Below, piece by piece: positions 23,573 to 41,912 of a stretch of 64,000 nt of DNA. The DNA comes from Ramazzottius varieornatus (Eukaryota > Animalia > Tardigrada). How positions within the stretch are numbered: the first letter of the stretch is position 1; each line of letters begins with the position of its first letter. The notes under the pieces were generated by a model. It was not told the DNA's origin. It saw only the letters and a list, made by a program, of their open reading frames with translations, and made no database searches. The position numbers and the translations under genes are program-made. The DNA lies in contig BDGG01000021.1 of NCBI GenBank assembly GCA_001949185.1, positions 210,817 to 274,816 of the forward strand, in the 5' to 3' direction.

Positions 23573-23617
23573 CCTCAATAGCGATTACCTCAATAGCGAT
23601 ACCCTCAATAGCGATAC
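23573..23617. repeat. Tandem repeat, 3 x 15 bp (CCTCAATAGCGATAC)
   Basis: Three consecutive units immediately upstream of the PKA-R ATG. Confidence 0.9.
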
Positions 23618-24186
23618 TTTAACAAGGTGCAAAGGGCCTAACAAGACGATGATGCCATCATCAAAGAGATATCGATATCAGACAGAAAAACACTTTGCAC
23701 TGTACTTGTACCCGGCTTTTCAAGTGGATAATCAGTACAGCAGCCAGTTTGCCCCAAAGTCCGCTGCTCATCGCAAGAGTTCCCTGGAAACACTATCACT
23801 TGTTCCCTCATCATAAATCTAGCCAGATCGTTTCCCATTCTGTACATTTATTTAGAGGAAAAGCGAAAACAAAGTTCCGTCCTTCTCAGATGAAGACCAT
23901 CCTGCAAGGAAACAAGGAATTTCCACGCAGTCATCCTGATGGTGACTTGACTGTGAGCATCCAGTAAACAGTCAACAGAGAGTTAGAGACGATCATCATA
24001 TGCAGTACTGTAGTACAACAAACAGTCAACTGGAAAGAAAGGAAAATATTCGTAACAAAAGGCGCGAAACTCTCCGACGATATCTTTAGAAGTGTCGTCG
24101 GTGATAGCGGACAATGTTCCGCCATCTTTCCAGTTGCTGGACTTGCTAAGGAAATGTATTTGCACTATGCCTAGCAGAAAGCTGGC

Positions 24187-25194
<1,008 letters not shown>

Positions 25195-25427
25195 CGCTCC
25201 GCCGATCGTTCTGTCAGAACGTACAGCCCAGGTTGCGCAGTGGAAAGGCACTTGCACAAACTACTCAGCAGGACCTCGCTGCGTGGACCGTCAGCTTTAG
25301 AAGAACAGAGATCAATCCGTAGACAAAATTCGGCGAGTCGCCAAGAAGACTGTTGTCTTCTATTTGAAGTTAGGACTCAAAGACTGGCCGAGTAACATGG
25401 TGCGCATGTCATACAGCATCACGTTAC

Positions 25428-25450
25428 TGTCATGTCATGTCATGTCATGT
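25428..25450. repeat. (TGTCA)n microsatellite in the divergent NUDT21/RING intergenic region
   Basis: About 4.5 TGTCA units. Confidence 0.8.
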
Positions 25451-26049
25451 GGTGTTTGTACTTAAGCTGTCATTCATCAAAAGTTTGCACATTAGTTCTC
25501 GAGCTCTATCCGGCCCCCTGAAGTTCCACGTGCACGTTAGTAATCATTGCTTCCTGGCTGCTTATTGAGACATTGCAAACAGCACCAGTATATCTACCAT
25601 CGTCGTCGTCGTTTGAGGGTTAGCAAGCTGATACGCGGACGACTCAAGAGGAAAAGTTCATCAGCATATTGTCGGGTCCGAACGACCATCCGGATCCGGA
25701 AGGCGGTAAGTTTCCAAGTCTCTACAAATGGCCGAACCGCTGGAACGGCTATGGACGTCCATGTTGTGTGCACTTATCTGTGGCAAGACAGCTGATGCTG
25801 TTGTAAAGTAATTCCTGATGGAATTGCAACAGTTGCGCGCATGGTGCCAGCTAGGGGATACGGCGATCCAAGTGGGTACTCCATGGAAACAATCCCTAAA
25901 GATAGGTATTAGGGCTATCAGACAACAATGCGCAATATGTGGAGCGCGATGAACCCAGCCAAGTTTGAATGGCCATGTAGAAGAGCATGCTTAAACTTCG
26001 TGGACGACTTAAAAATGACGGTAGTAAAGCCATCTCTTAGATATCAACG

Positions 26050-28167
26050 ATGTTTGCATTCCGCCTATGTCGCATCACGGCGACCCTCATTCATCGAGCA
26101 TACTTCCTTCTCTTGGCTGACTTCTTTATCGGCTCGCGCTGGTTCATGATCAACGGTTTTACTGCTTTAATTGACTTCTTTATCAACCCGACTATTACCG
26201 ATGGTATTTGGACCATAACAGATCCCCAAAAAATTGGCGCTGCTGTGGGTATGTCTTAATCTCAGAGGTCAAGCACTTTACCTGTAATCACACTAGAAAG
26301 GTCATTTGTCGTCTTTACTTTTCCGTAACTGATCCGAGTTTAATCAGTATGCTGCTGCCGAATTTCCCACTGTAATGATGCTGGTACACTGGGCCAAGTT
26401 TTTTAGCTCCTTTTATGGACAGTTGTGTAATAAAGTTGTTACTTTGCAGGATTTGGCGTTTGCTGGTTGATGGCCCATTTTTTATCGACAAAGCAAATAT
26501 GGTTTAACGGAGTTGTGGTGGAGTTATTTGTGTTGGTACAGCTGTTGGGCTATCTGAGCAACCTAGCCTTCACTACTTCCGGGCAGTTTTATCCCTTGGC
26601 CATTGCCGCCGTCCTTTATCTCTTGGTCGACTCTTATCGGTATTACATCCAGCAGTTACGTTTACAAGATCCCGAGCAAACCTTCTACTCGTTTTCCTGC
26701 CTACGGAAACCCTTCGTTCCCCGTCGGGCCTTACAGATTATCCAGATCACACCCATGATATACACCCTCCTCCACCTGACACGCAACGGGTTCGAAGAAG
26801 CCAACTACTTTCGCTTCAAGTACTCGTTGGGCATGGCCGACGCCATCGTCTTTGTGGCTATCAATCTAGACCTGGGCTTGGTGGTGTTGACCCGCTTCAC
26901 GGGGACACTACGCCATGTCTATCAGGAAATGTCCTGGAGGAATGTGGGCTTTTGTTGCCGTTTCAACCTCAGTGGATCCTACAGTTTCCTGGCGCGCGAC
27001 TTTGGATGGAAAGCTGTGCCGACAGACCAACTACACGTCTCCTGGATCGTCTATTGGTCTATGAAATTGATACTGATCGTTATACTGTACTTGCGGTTAG
27101 AGACGACGACCATGACTTTTCAGCAGTTCGTCATTGCCGAACTGTTGAGTAACTTCGTGGCAGCCACAGCGACGGTGTATTTGGCCTGTTTGGTGACAGG
27201 CTTCCTCTTATCGGCTGCCGCCAGCTTCTTCACCTACGCCGCAGACGTCATGTCCTGCAGTTCGGTCTGTCAAGGCAGTTACGACACAGTGCAGCATATC
27301 CGCTGGATGGCCTTGAAAGATGGCGTGTGTCCGCCGGACCAAGTGGGCCTGCTGATTGACGCTCTATTATACGCCCATCTACCCTTGTGTGCCAAACTGA
27401 TCCAGAATGTGGGGGAAATTTGTCGGCGCAAGTGCTGCTGTCTACAGCAGGCCTGGACGTCGACCTTAGGCGGCATCTTAGCCATCCTCTTTTTCCTGCT
27501 GTACTCATTCTTGGTCTATTATCACGTCTCGTCCATCACCTTTCCCGTGGTGTCGACATGTTTCGCCAAGAGTACGGAGCTGATGACGGGGCTGTGGTTG
27601 TGCTTCAACGGGCTCATCAGCGTGTCGGAAGTGATGACCTTGATAGTGTGTCAAGGGCTGGTGGACACTTGGTCAAAGAGGAACTTGGATAAGGGGACGC
27701 GGATATACCGCAACTGCATGTCGGCCTTGCTGGCCATCTCTCTGACGGCCGTCAACGTCTACTCCTTCATGGTGGCCAACAGCGGCAGCTTGGACAGTGT
27801 CTCCTGTGGACCCAAGGATATGATACACGATGGCTTGCAAATCTTTTCCCGCTCCGTCTTTATATGGTTCACCATACGGCAAGCCAGTGGCTGCGCCTCT
27901 TCCTGCTCCTCCGCCAGAGACATTTGCGGGGCTGACACCTGTACACTGAGCAGTGTGTGGGAAGAGCCCCAGTGCGCCGCCCAGTCCTCGCCCTGCGGAC
28001 TGTGTTACAACAGCAGCGACAGGGATCATCTGATGCAGCTGAACTGTGGACACTCCTTCCACAGAGACTGCTTCAGCTCCTGGAGGAACTGCGGTAGTCA
28101 GTGTCCCGTCTGCCGCAAGAACTTTCGTCGGCCCGACGTCCTCCTTGCCTACTATAGTTGCCATTGA
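26050..28167 (+). CDS. Multi-pass membrane RING-H2 E3 ligase, RNF145/RNF139(TRC8)-like
   Basis: Many hydrophobic TM segments and a C-terminal C3H2C3 RING (CGLC..CGHSFHRDC..CPVC). A short first exon (26050 to about 26247) joins a single exon of about 1.7 kb. Confidence 0.75.
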
Positions 28168-28745
28168 TGCCTTACGTTGCATCGGCCACTTCCTTGTCCT
28201 CTCTCTTGCCATCACCCTTTCGCTTGTTCCCTTCTACTTGTTTTTGTGTGCTCATGTTGCTGCTCTTACAATCTTCTGGTGAAATTTGTTCTGTTAGCCA
28301 GAAAAATTCTGCTGACAGTTGTACTGTTTGTAAAAAGCGCTCTACTGACAGCGACTGGGGCACGACACTTGTGCACTGGCCAACATTCTCCTTGAAATAG
28401 ATTCTGCCGACGTGAGAAAAAGCAGGCGCAAGAAGCTACATTGCTTTCGTGGTGTCTCAGAAATTCGTCGCTATTGTCAGCGACCATGTCAAAAGAAAAG
28501 AAGCAACTTTCCAGCAAGTTAGTATCGTTTGCAGTCAGTAAGATGGCCAGAAGAGAAAACGAAACGACAACAGTGCTCACGATCACAAATCTTGAAAAAG
28601 AGACCTGCATGGCCATTAGTCAACAAGTCATGCTGCAGTAGCGAAGCGATTGCTCGATCCTGCCATCAAGAAAGAAGAAACATCAGCGGCCTGCAGTACG
28701 AACAAGAATGGGGAGAAAAGCCCACCTAATGAAAGGCAAGGCAGA

Positions 28746-34334
<5,589 letters not shown>

Positions 34335-34645
34335 ACCTTCGACCCAAAGGCAGACTTCTCCACCGTCAAACCAACATCCAATATCTCCCTCCCACTCTAG
34401 CAGCTGGCATTTATCGCTTCTCCCTTCTCCTCCGGCGGCAGCCCACAGTCTAGCGGATGGATGGCATCAACGGGATATCAGTCTTATAGCACAGAACGGA
34501 AGGAATCTTCCTCAAAAGGAAAACACAACAAAACTCTTCTAGGGAAAATCGAATTAATTATCTTTAATTAACTAATTTACGAGAGCTCCGCCCAAAAGGC
34601 TGGCTTTCCAGCAGAGCTTTAGAATGAATCATAGGCCGCGTACAT

Positions 34646-35078
34646 TAGAGCACTGGGCCGCAGGTCCAAAAGTACGCTGTAACTGTGCTGCGCACATTAC
34701 CAGGGCGCTGTACGCTGTGCTGTGCTGCACAACTTTCATGCCCAGTGGCTAAGCAGCTGTGCTGCAGATGCACGTTGACATGGTGCAACTGCGCTGCACG
34801 CTGATGTATTGACGTGGTTTGTGATTCAGTCAGCGGAATCGGTAGTCAACATGGAGAACGTTGCCCTAAAGTACGGCAAAGCTGAGACGGCTGACGTTCG
34901 AATGCCCAGAAACTGTAATTCTTGTTAGGTTTCCGTAGGTGCAACTGCGCGGTAGTCTATGTTCTGCTGTATGCTGTGCTGTGCCGCACAAATTTCTTCA
35001 GTTCACGCGCTGCAGCTGTGCTGCAGCACAGCACAGCTGCAGTACAGTGCAGCGCATGCGGCCAGATCCCGTGCTCTA
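34646..35078. mobile_element. hAT-like MITE with TAGAGCAC termini
   Basis: TAGAGCAC..GGCCGCA / TGCGGCC..GTGCTCTA ends and many CTGTGCTGC subterminal repeats. The TSD is only partly conserved. Confidence 0.6.
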
Positions 35079-35228
35079 GCGAGATCGTTGGCGAGGTCGT
35101 TATAAGGAACGTCGTAGACTTTGTGAACGCCTAAAAAACTCAGTTGGTGTGGTAGGCGAGATTTCAATCAACCATACAGTAAGCCACAATATTTTGACAC
35201 ACCAGCGTTCACAAAGTACGGTGGCAGA

Positions 35229-36080
35229 TAGTAATGTTGGCATATGTGAGAATTATATTAAATGAGAACTTTCTGGATGCTTTTTGCATCTGATATATAA
35301 TATTAACATTTGTTTGATGCCTCGGCCGGGGTGGAATATTTATTAGTATCAAATTGGATGATAGTCAAAGCTAAAATTATCATATTAAAATCAAGCCGCA
35401 GTGCGCTCCGTATTAAAGTTAAAATGCGGATTTGGGCTTCAGTTGATCAAAGTAATGCTTGATTTGCGTCCGTAACAAGCGTGAAACAGTGCGCAGTGTG
35501 CTGTATGCCAGTAGATCTTACGCATCAAGCATCTGCGCGTGTGTTACACTCACGAACGCTCGAATGTGGTGACTTGATTGAAGCAACTTATTTGATTGGT
35601 GAATGCAGGACTGCGATTTCGGAGACTAACTGGCATACCTGCCATTCACGCTGTAAAAAACGCATTGCAACGCGATCCCGCGTTTAGGATGACTGTCATC
35701 CCAAGGATGCCAGCACGGCTTGAAAGAGAGACTTCCCCGAGCACCAGGCAGAAGAGACAACAGCCGCTAAAACTGCTGTTATTTCTGGACGGTTCCTTGG
35801 TGGTACTTCTAACCGATATTTCATGACCTTTTTATTGCTGGATATGGATAAAACTGTTTTGCTGGTGAAATTGTTGAGGAAGAAAGTTATCTTTTCCCGT
35901 CGACATGTGGATCGAAAAATGACTTAAATATTATAGTATCTTATAATAAGAACCCAGCGACGCAAGTCAATATGTTAACATTACATCAGATGCCCAGAAG
36001 ATTGTATTAGAATTCTGGCAGCCCGGGCTTATTGAATTAAGATTATATTGTGTCGCGATACCCTGATGCCAACATCACTA
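35229..36080. mobile_element. Non-autonomous hAT element (family B)
   Basis: 15-bp TIR TAGT(A/G)ATGTTGGCAT and an 8-bp TSD GTGGCAGA/GTGACAGA (7/8). The right end is homologous to 6868-7061. Confidence 0.85.
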
Positions 36081-37705
36081 GTGACAGATGCGATCAACTC
36101 AGCAATTGCAACCTCGCTATTTTATTCCGGACTTTGCTTTGCATCTACAAATGTTATTCGCACCATTTCCCTTTCTGTCCTGAAAAAAACACATTGTCTT
36201 CCCTTTCGCCTTTCGTCTCGGTGTTTCTCTCATCATGTCCGGAAAACGTGGACGCGCGGCGATAGAACAAGAAGATACGGAATCCGTTGAGCGAAATGCC
36301 CCCCCCCCCCCGCACCCCCACACCAACCCCGAACAACCACCAATCAACCGCGAGATTAGACCGCATATCAAAATTAACCGAGCCTTTACCAGGGGATGTC
36401 GGTGTTGCATAAACGGCTGATGCAGTTCGATAGATCTCGTTGAGGTCTACCGAATGGTCAAATCAGGGAGACAACTTTCAACCCCAGGTAGATTAGCACT
36501 ATACCGATCATATAGGCTAGTTGGGCTGCGGCGGAATTTTGGTCATTGGACGGCGCACCGAGAGTTTCGAGCTCGGGCGGATGAAAAGACGATACCAGTC
36601 CCATCATAGAAACCCTCACTGATCAGACTGATCATTAGAAAGTTTCATCCTTTCAGTGAAAGAGATCACAGGAGAATAAAGACAGCTCGGTGGAGAGAAA
36701 AAACGCGTTACGAGCGTACTCTTCAGTGCTGGGTAGGAAGCTACTAGCCTTTTCTTACTAGTAGCTGTGGTAAACGCTTTACGATGGAGTTGGTCGGCTA
36801 TTCTGGTTGCCTACGCCGATGCGTTCACAAGGTCGACGCAGTTGGCTACGAGGTCAGCTGAAATGTAGTAGAAATGACTCATCTCACTGTTTTTGACTTT
36901 GTGAACGATTTTTGGGTTGTTATGAGCTACCCATCTCTCGGTTAGAAACAAGCGCTTTTATGAACGCAGGTTCGTCATTATGTTGATAACGACCTAGTAG
37001 CCTATCACTAAATGAACTCGGCCATAGACCGCTTGAGTTTTCGTCGAAAGCTGTTCAGGCGTTCTAGAGCCCTTAAAGTGGGGCAAACTATGGCAATTCT
37101 AAGCTTATGGCGGAAGATCAAAGAGAAATTGCTTGGCACCGAAAGTGGTCTCTAGCCATTTACATACGCGTACGCGATTGGATCACATATAAGCTATACC
37201 ACATACGCCACGTGAGAATCGCCAGCGACTGCCAGAACCTGGTACAGCAGCCAACCTGGAACACTAAGACCCAACTAACACTGGTTCTTTTCCCAACGGC
37301 CGACCCACTAAAACCAATGGTCAATTGAGCAACACGAATGGTTAGCCACCAGTGATCAGTCTAGCAAGACCAATGGTCAACTTTTGGTAGTCAATCTAGC
37401 GAGGGTAGCAAGATCCACGGTAATATCCTGCTGATCGTGCAATGCCGTCAAGTAGTACTATCAACAGGGGTGTCAATTTCGTATCAATCAATACTCCAAC
37501 ATCTTCGAATGATTACTACAGAATTGACTGATTACATCCGGAATCACGACTTGTGATTCATCAAAAACTTGGTAATATTCCTCATTCTGGGGATCATCCT
37601 GAGTGAAGAATCGTGCTGTCTGGAGCTCGAGCTTCCTCTGATGAATTTACGATTCAGAGTCCGTTTGGGTATCTGCACCTCAAACCATACAAGTGCTGCT
37701 AAATG

Positions 37706-38128
37706 TATTGATGAGCAATACATTTTGCATCACAATTACACTCTTACACGACATTACAACCGCCGGAAAGTTGTAAAGTAAATTTTAAATGTAATGACAA
37801 CTTTTAGAAGCCAAAATCTGCAGTATTTTGAGTATTTTGCCGCTGTAAATCTAAAATTTGGCTGACTTACGTGCAAAAATGTCAGAAATCCCCTGAATAT
37901 GGTCATTTTGTAACCGTATTTCTATCTATTTCTGGAAAACAATCACTAAGATCTATATTTGATGCAAACGCAGACATAGCTGGTTTATCTTTCTCGTCTT
38001 TCGCTACCTCTTTTAACCGCCCGGTTTGTAAAATATAAACTGTAAAATTTGGTTAAACTTTTACAATTACACTATTTTACATTAGAACATACATCCCGCG
38101 GACAATCTACGTGTAAGGCTCATCATTA
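37706..38128. mobile_element. hAT MITE family A, diverged copy, inverted relative to 396-858
   Basis: TIR TATTGATGAGCAATACA / TGTAAGGCTCATCATTA, a perfect 8-bp TSD GCTAAATG, and internal similarity to the reverse complement of 396-858. Confidence 0.88.
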
Positions 38129-38154
38129 GCTAAATGGGGCCTCCACTTTGACAC

Positions 38155-39745
38155 TAGAGCCCTGCAACATTCCGTACGTTCTGCACTGCAATGCATTTTA
38201 CTGCATTGTAGTGCTGCTGCAGTCGCCGAAACGATGAAAAAATGCAGATGCAGTACAGTTGCAGTTTCGGGAAACCGGATGCAGTGCAGATGCAGCACGG
38301 GTTTTCGCTACTGCTGCAGGGCTTTGATTCAGACAGAAAGGTTTGCATCGCAATCACACGATTACAACAGGCTGCAGGATTTGATGAATTCACATCAGAG
38401 CTCTAATTCCGTTTTCTTCACCGATTTACCAGTGTGCTCTCCGCTTGATATTCCGTATATTGGAGCTCCTACTCTGATAAGAGCAGTGAGGATGAGTGCT
38501 GAAGGTATGGAGCAGGATCTCGAGAGAGACGAAGCTGAGAGAGGGTCGCTCGCTGATGGTGAGAACAGCGCTGCAGAATCGGAAACTGATAATGACAACC
38601 CGGATCGGAATGAAGTGAAGAGTCTTGTAGATCACTGCAAAAGAGCAGCCATTGTCAAGCACCTGAAGACCACGCTGAAACAAGAGAGTGAGACGAGGTG
38701 AGTGCATGCTATAGAAGCGCCGATAAATTATTTGACAGAAATAAGTATGTTGATTTCCGATTTTGCAGGTGGCATTCGATGATCGACATGTTAGCTTCAG
38801 TACTCAGTGCGTATGACGAGCTGGTAGTAGTGCTTTTGGAAAGAGAAGAGGCTGATCTGCTTCCGGACCGAGAAAGGATCCAAGAGATGCACGACTTGTT
38901 CGCGGCTGTAGAGCCCGCGCCGGAAATACTTTCCGCTTCGAAAAAGCCAACTATCCATCTGGTGATTCCTGTCTACCATAACCTTATCCAGCACTTCGAG
39001 CATATCCACCCATCGGACCATGACGACATCAGAGCTCTCCAAGTCCACGCTTTGAATGTTTTCAAAGCAGAGCTTCAACCAGATGACATACATAAGGCGG
39101 CAGTGTTTCTGAATCCTTCGATGAAACATATGAGTTTCTTGCCCGAATCAGATCGTGTGAAAGTTGTTGCAACTGTGATGGAGCACGTGCAGCAAATTGG
39201 GGTACCTCACTATGAGAGAGCTCTGATGCCGAGTTCCGATATTGGAGCTCCGAAACCCAAAAGCATCTTCGACTTTTCGAATCTGTGTAAGTTCTCAAAC
39301 GAAAACGAAGTCGAAAAGTACATTCGAATGCGGAATCCTCCAGCGACCCAAGATTTGCTCGCGTTTTGGCAGCAGAACGAGAAGGAGCTTCCTTGTTTGT
39401 CCTTATAGGCTAAGCGCATAATTGCTGTGCCTGCTTCTAGTACCGCTTCTGAACGACTCTTTAGCCATACCGGTGATGCTCTCAACAGTAAGCGAACTAG
39501 TATGCTGCCTAAAACTCTGAGTGATCTGATGATTATTCGGTGGAACTATCTCGCAGTAGAATAAATAATTATCGATAATAATTTATGCAGTATCGATGCA
39601 GTAAAATGCAGCTAGACGTTCACGGATGCAGTGCAGTTGCAGTTTCACTCGGTCAGAATAAATGCAGTGCAGTGCAGTTGCAGTCTGGAAGAACTGGATG
39701 CAGAGCACTTGCAGAACGGATGTTGCGTGCTGCTGCAGGGCTCTA
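38155..39745 (+). mobile_element. Internally deleted hAT transposon with a C-terminal transposase remnant
   Basis: TIR TAGAGCCCTGCA / TGCAGGGCTCTA, a perfect TSD TTTGACAC (38147-38154, 39746-39753) and TGCAGTGCAG subterminal repeats. The coding remnant runs ETR|WHS, KPTIHLV, then AKRIIAVPASSTASERLFS after an in-frame TAG at 39406. Confidence 0.92.
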
Positions 39746-40203
39746 TTTGACACGGTCGGCCAAATCCGCGACCGCGTGATAATAGAAATTGTTAGTCATA
39801 ACGCAGATATTACGGATGCGTACACGGTGCAGCTTCGGGATGGAGGTGCATAGCTCGATCCATATCGAGGCGCTTTTGTTCTCCGACAGAAATCAAGCTT
39901 TGCCTGCTTTGTTGGTCCATGCCACGTTCTGTAAATATACGGATTGATTGATCCATTGGGTTGTGGGTGGCATATACAACATTGCCATGTTTTCTGTACT
40001 GACGAGCTTGAATGACGACAAACCGATAACTCCGTCCCTTCTTTTGGCTGAACGCCGTTAACCAATAAATTAGTTGTATGTTCCTGCCCCCAGCAAGGCA
40101 CTTGTATGGTTCCAAACTTTCCCCTTCGTGCTTCGTGCGTGTTGTACGGCCGTAGTACGGCGTTCTCCAGCTCTCTATAGGTCAGTATAGGATAAGCGCC
40201 GCG

Positions 40204-41300
40204 ATGGCTGCCGAGAAGGATGAAACATCAGGATCCGGGTCAGAGTCCAGCGAAGAGGAAGAGATGGAGACATCTGGGACGGGCACGGAGATCGTTAACG
40301 TTGAGTTTGAAGCGCGCTCACCGGAAGAGGCCGATGCGGCCAGCATCCAGCGTCTGCTCAAACAGCTCCTTCCTTCCGGTGTGGATCTGACTGCTCTGAC
40401 ACAGCTGGTGCTTTCGCAGAGCTACGTGGGAGCGGTGGTGATCCAGCCGAATGACGGCAAACCAGCTGAAAGCGAGGCTTGGGATGACGACGAAGAAGAC
40501 ATCTTCGGCTTGACTACGCTGATCAACCTCCAAGCAAGAAAGGAAAACCCAGCGGTGATCAATTTCCTGGATTATCTTAAAAGCAAATACGAGTCTAAAG
40601 GAAGATCTGTGGAGAACAAGGCCAAATTCTCCGACTTGTTCGAGGGTAAACTTGGCGATGTCGGATGGATCATCAACGAACGCTTCGTTAATCTTCCCTC
40701 TCAGCTGGCACCGAACCTCTTTGAGAGTCTGAGGTAAAATAGCCAGATGAAATTTTTGTGAGGGGTCTGCACCCTTAGGTGTTTCAGAGTCTGGTTGTAT
40801 CCCAGTCAGTCGCCACGTCGGTTAGTGTAATGAGCAGCAAATGGAAGGTGGAATAACACGGCGTTCTTCTTCCTTTAGTGCCGACCTGGAGGAAGCTATC
40901 GCCAAATCTATGCCGTACAAAGTTTCCCGATATCTACTGATAGCTAAAGCTCACGTCCTCAAAGGTGGAACGATACAGAATCCACTCTTTGTCAACGACG
41001 AAGAGGAAATGTTCTTTGAGGTGGGATGAACGGACTTGTCTAACAGAATGAAGAGTTCTGCGTGTAGTCGGGAGTTATTAATCCGTATGCATAACAGCTT
41101 GACATTTGAACCGTGGTTCCTTGCAGGATGCACTAGCCTCGTTTGCCTTTTTCTTTACCGAACAAGCAGATGAATCGGGAACTTCGGCCCATTCCAGAAG
41201 TAAAAAGAGCCCACTTCCGGTGCGCGTGGTGATGCTACTGGATCCCAAAGCCGTCAAAACTCACATTCAAGCTTTCAAAAAGCTCTTTGAACAACGTTAG
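40204..41300 (+). CDS. BCCIP: BRCA2 and CDKN1A-interacting protein (Bcp1/p21-C-terminal-binding family), 3 exons
   Basis: Acidic N-terminus, VNVEFEARSP..D..SIQRLLKQL, IFGLTTLINL, VGWIINERFVNLP and FVNDEEEMF. Confidence 0.92.
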
Positions 41301-41332
41301 AAGTTTACAGGATAGCTTTCTTGGTTCAAGGA

Positions 41333-41702
41333 GAGCCTCGGCTGACTCCAGATGTCCAAAAATGACTATTCTCGGTCGGTTGTTACAAAACATTGTGTTA
41401 TCATGGTCGCATGAAGCGCATCGACCACTTAGGATCGAGTGGCATAAAGACTGAGTGCGCGCCATAATCCATATTTTGGCTCCTGTCAACGTTTGGAGGC
41501 GATCTGATGGTTAGTTCAAATGTCAGCCGGTTTCGGCATCTTTCATAATTCATATCTTGCCGAAATATGGATTGTGGAGCGCACTCAAACTTTACGCCAC
41601 TCGCTTCCACGTGGTCTATGCACCTCATAGGATCGTAATTCAACAAAATCTTGTAACAACCGACCGAGAATAGATTTTTTGTTTTGGAGTCAGCGGAGGC
41701 TC
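41333..41702. mobile_element. MITE-like foldback between the convergent BCCIP and CDK5RAP1 genes
   Basis: About 60-bp imperfect TIRs GAGCCTC.GCTGACTCCA...CTATTCTCGGTCGGTTGTTACAA and their reverse complement at 41650-41702. No clear TSD. Confidence 0.7.
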
Positions 41703-41912
41703 GTCCCCTCAATGCGAATTTTTCATGACCCGTAAAACTGCAGATTCTTTAACATTAATACGGGTCAAGGATAACAAAGCCACCAGCGGTTATCGCCCAC
41801 TCGTAAAAATATTTTCCTGAAGCCACAGCTTGTGCACACTATCTACAGCATAAAACTGGAAGCAAAACGTAAAGGCAAACGCTCCTTATGAAAATAACCG
41901 CAAATGCACTGG

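Noticed and set aside
36090-37700. Poly-C tract and ACCAATGGTCAA repeats as a discrete element
   Set aside because: No termini, TSD or coding signal could be defined.
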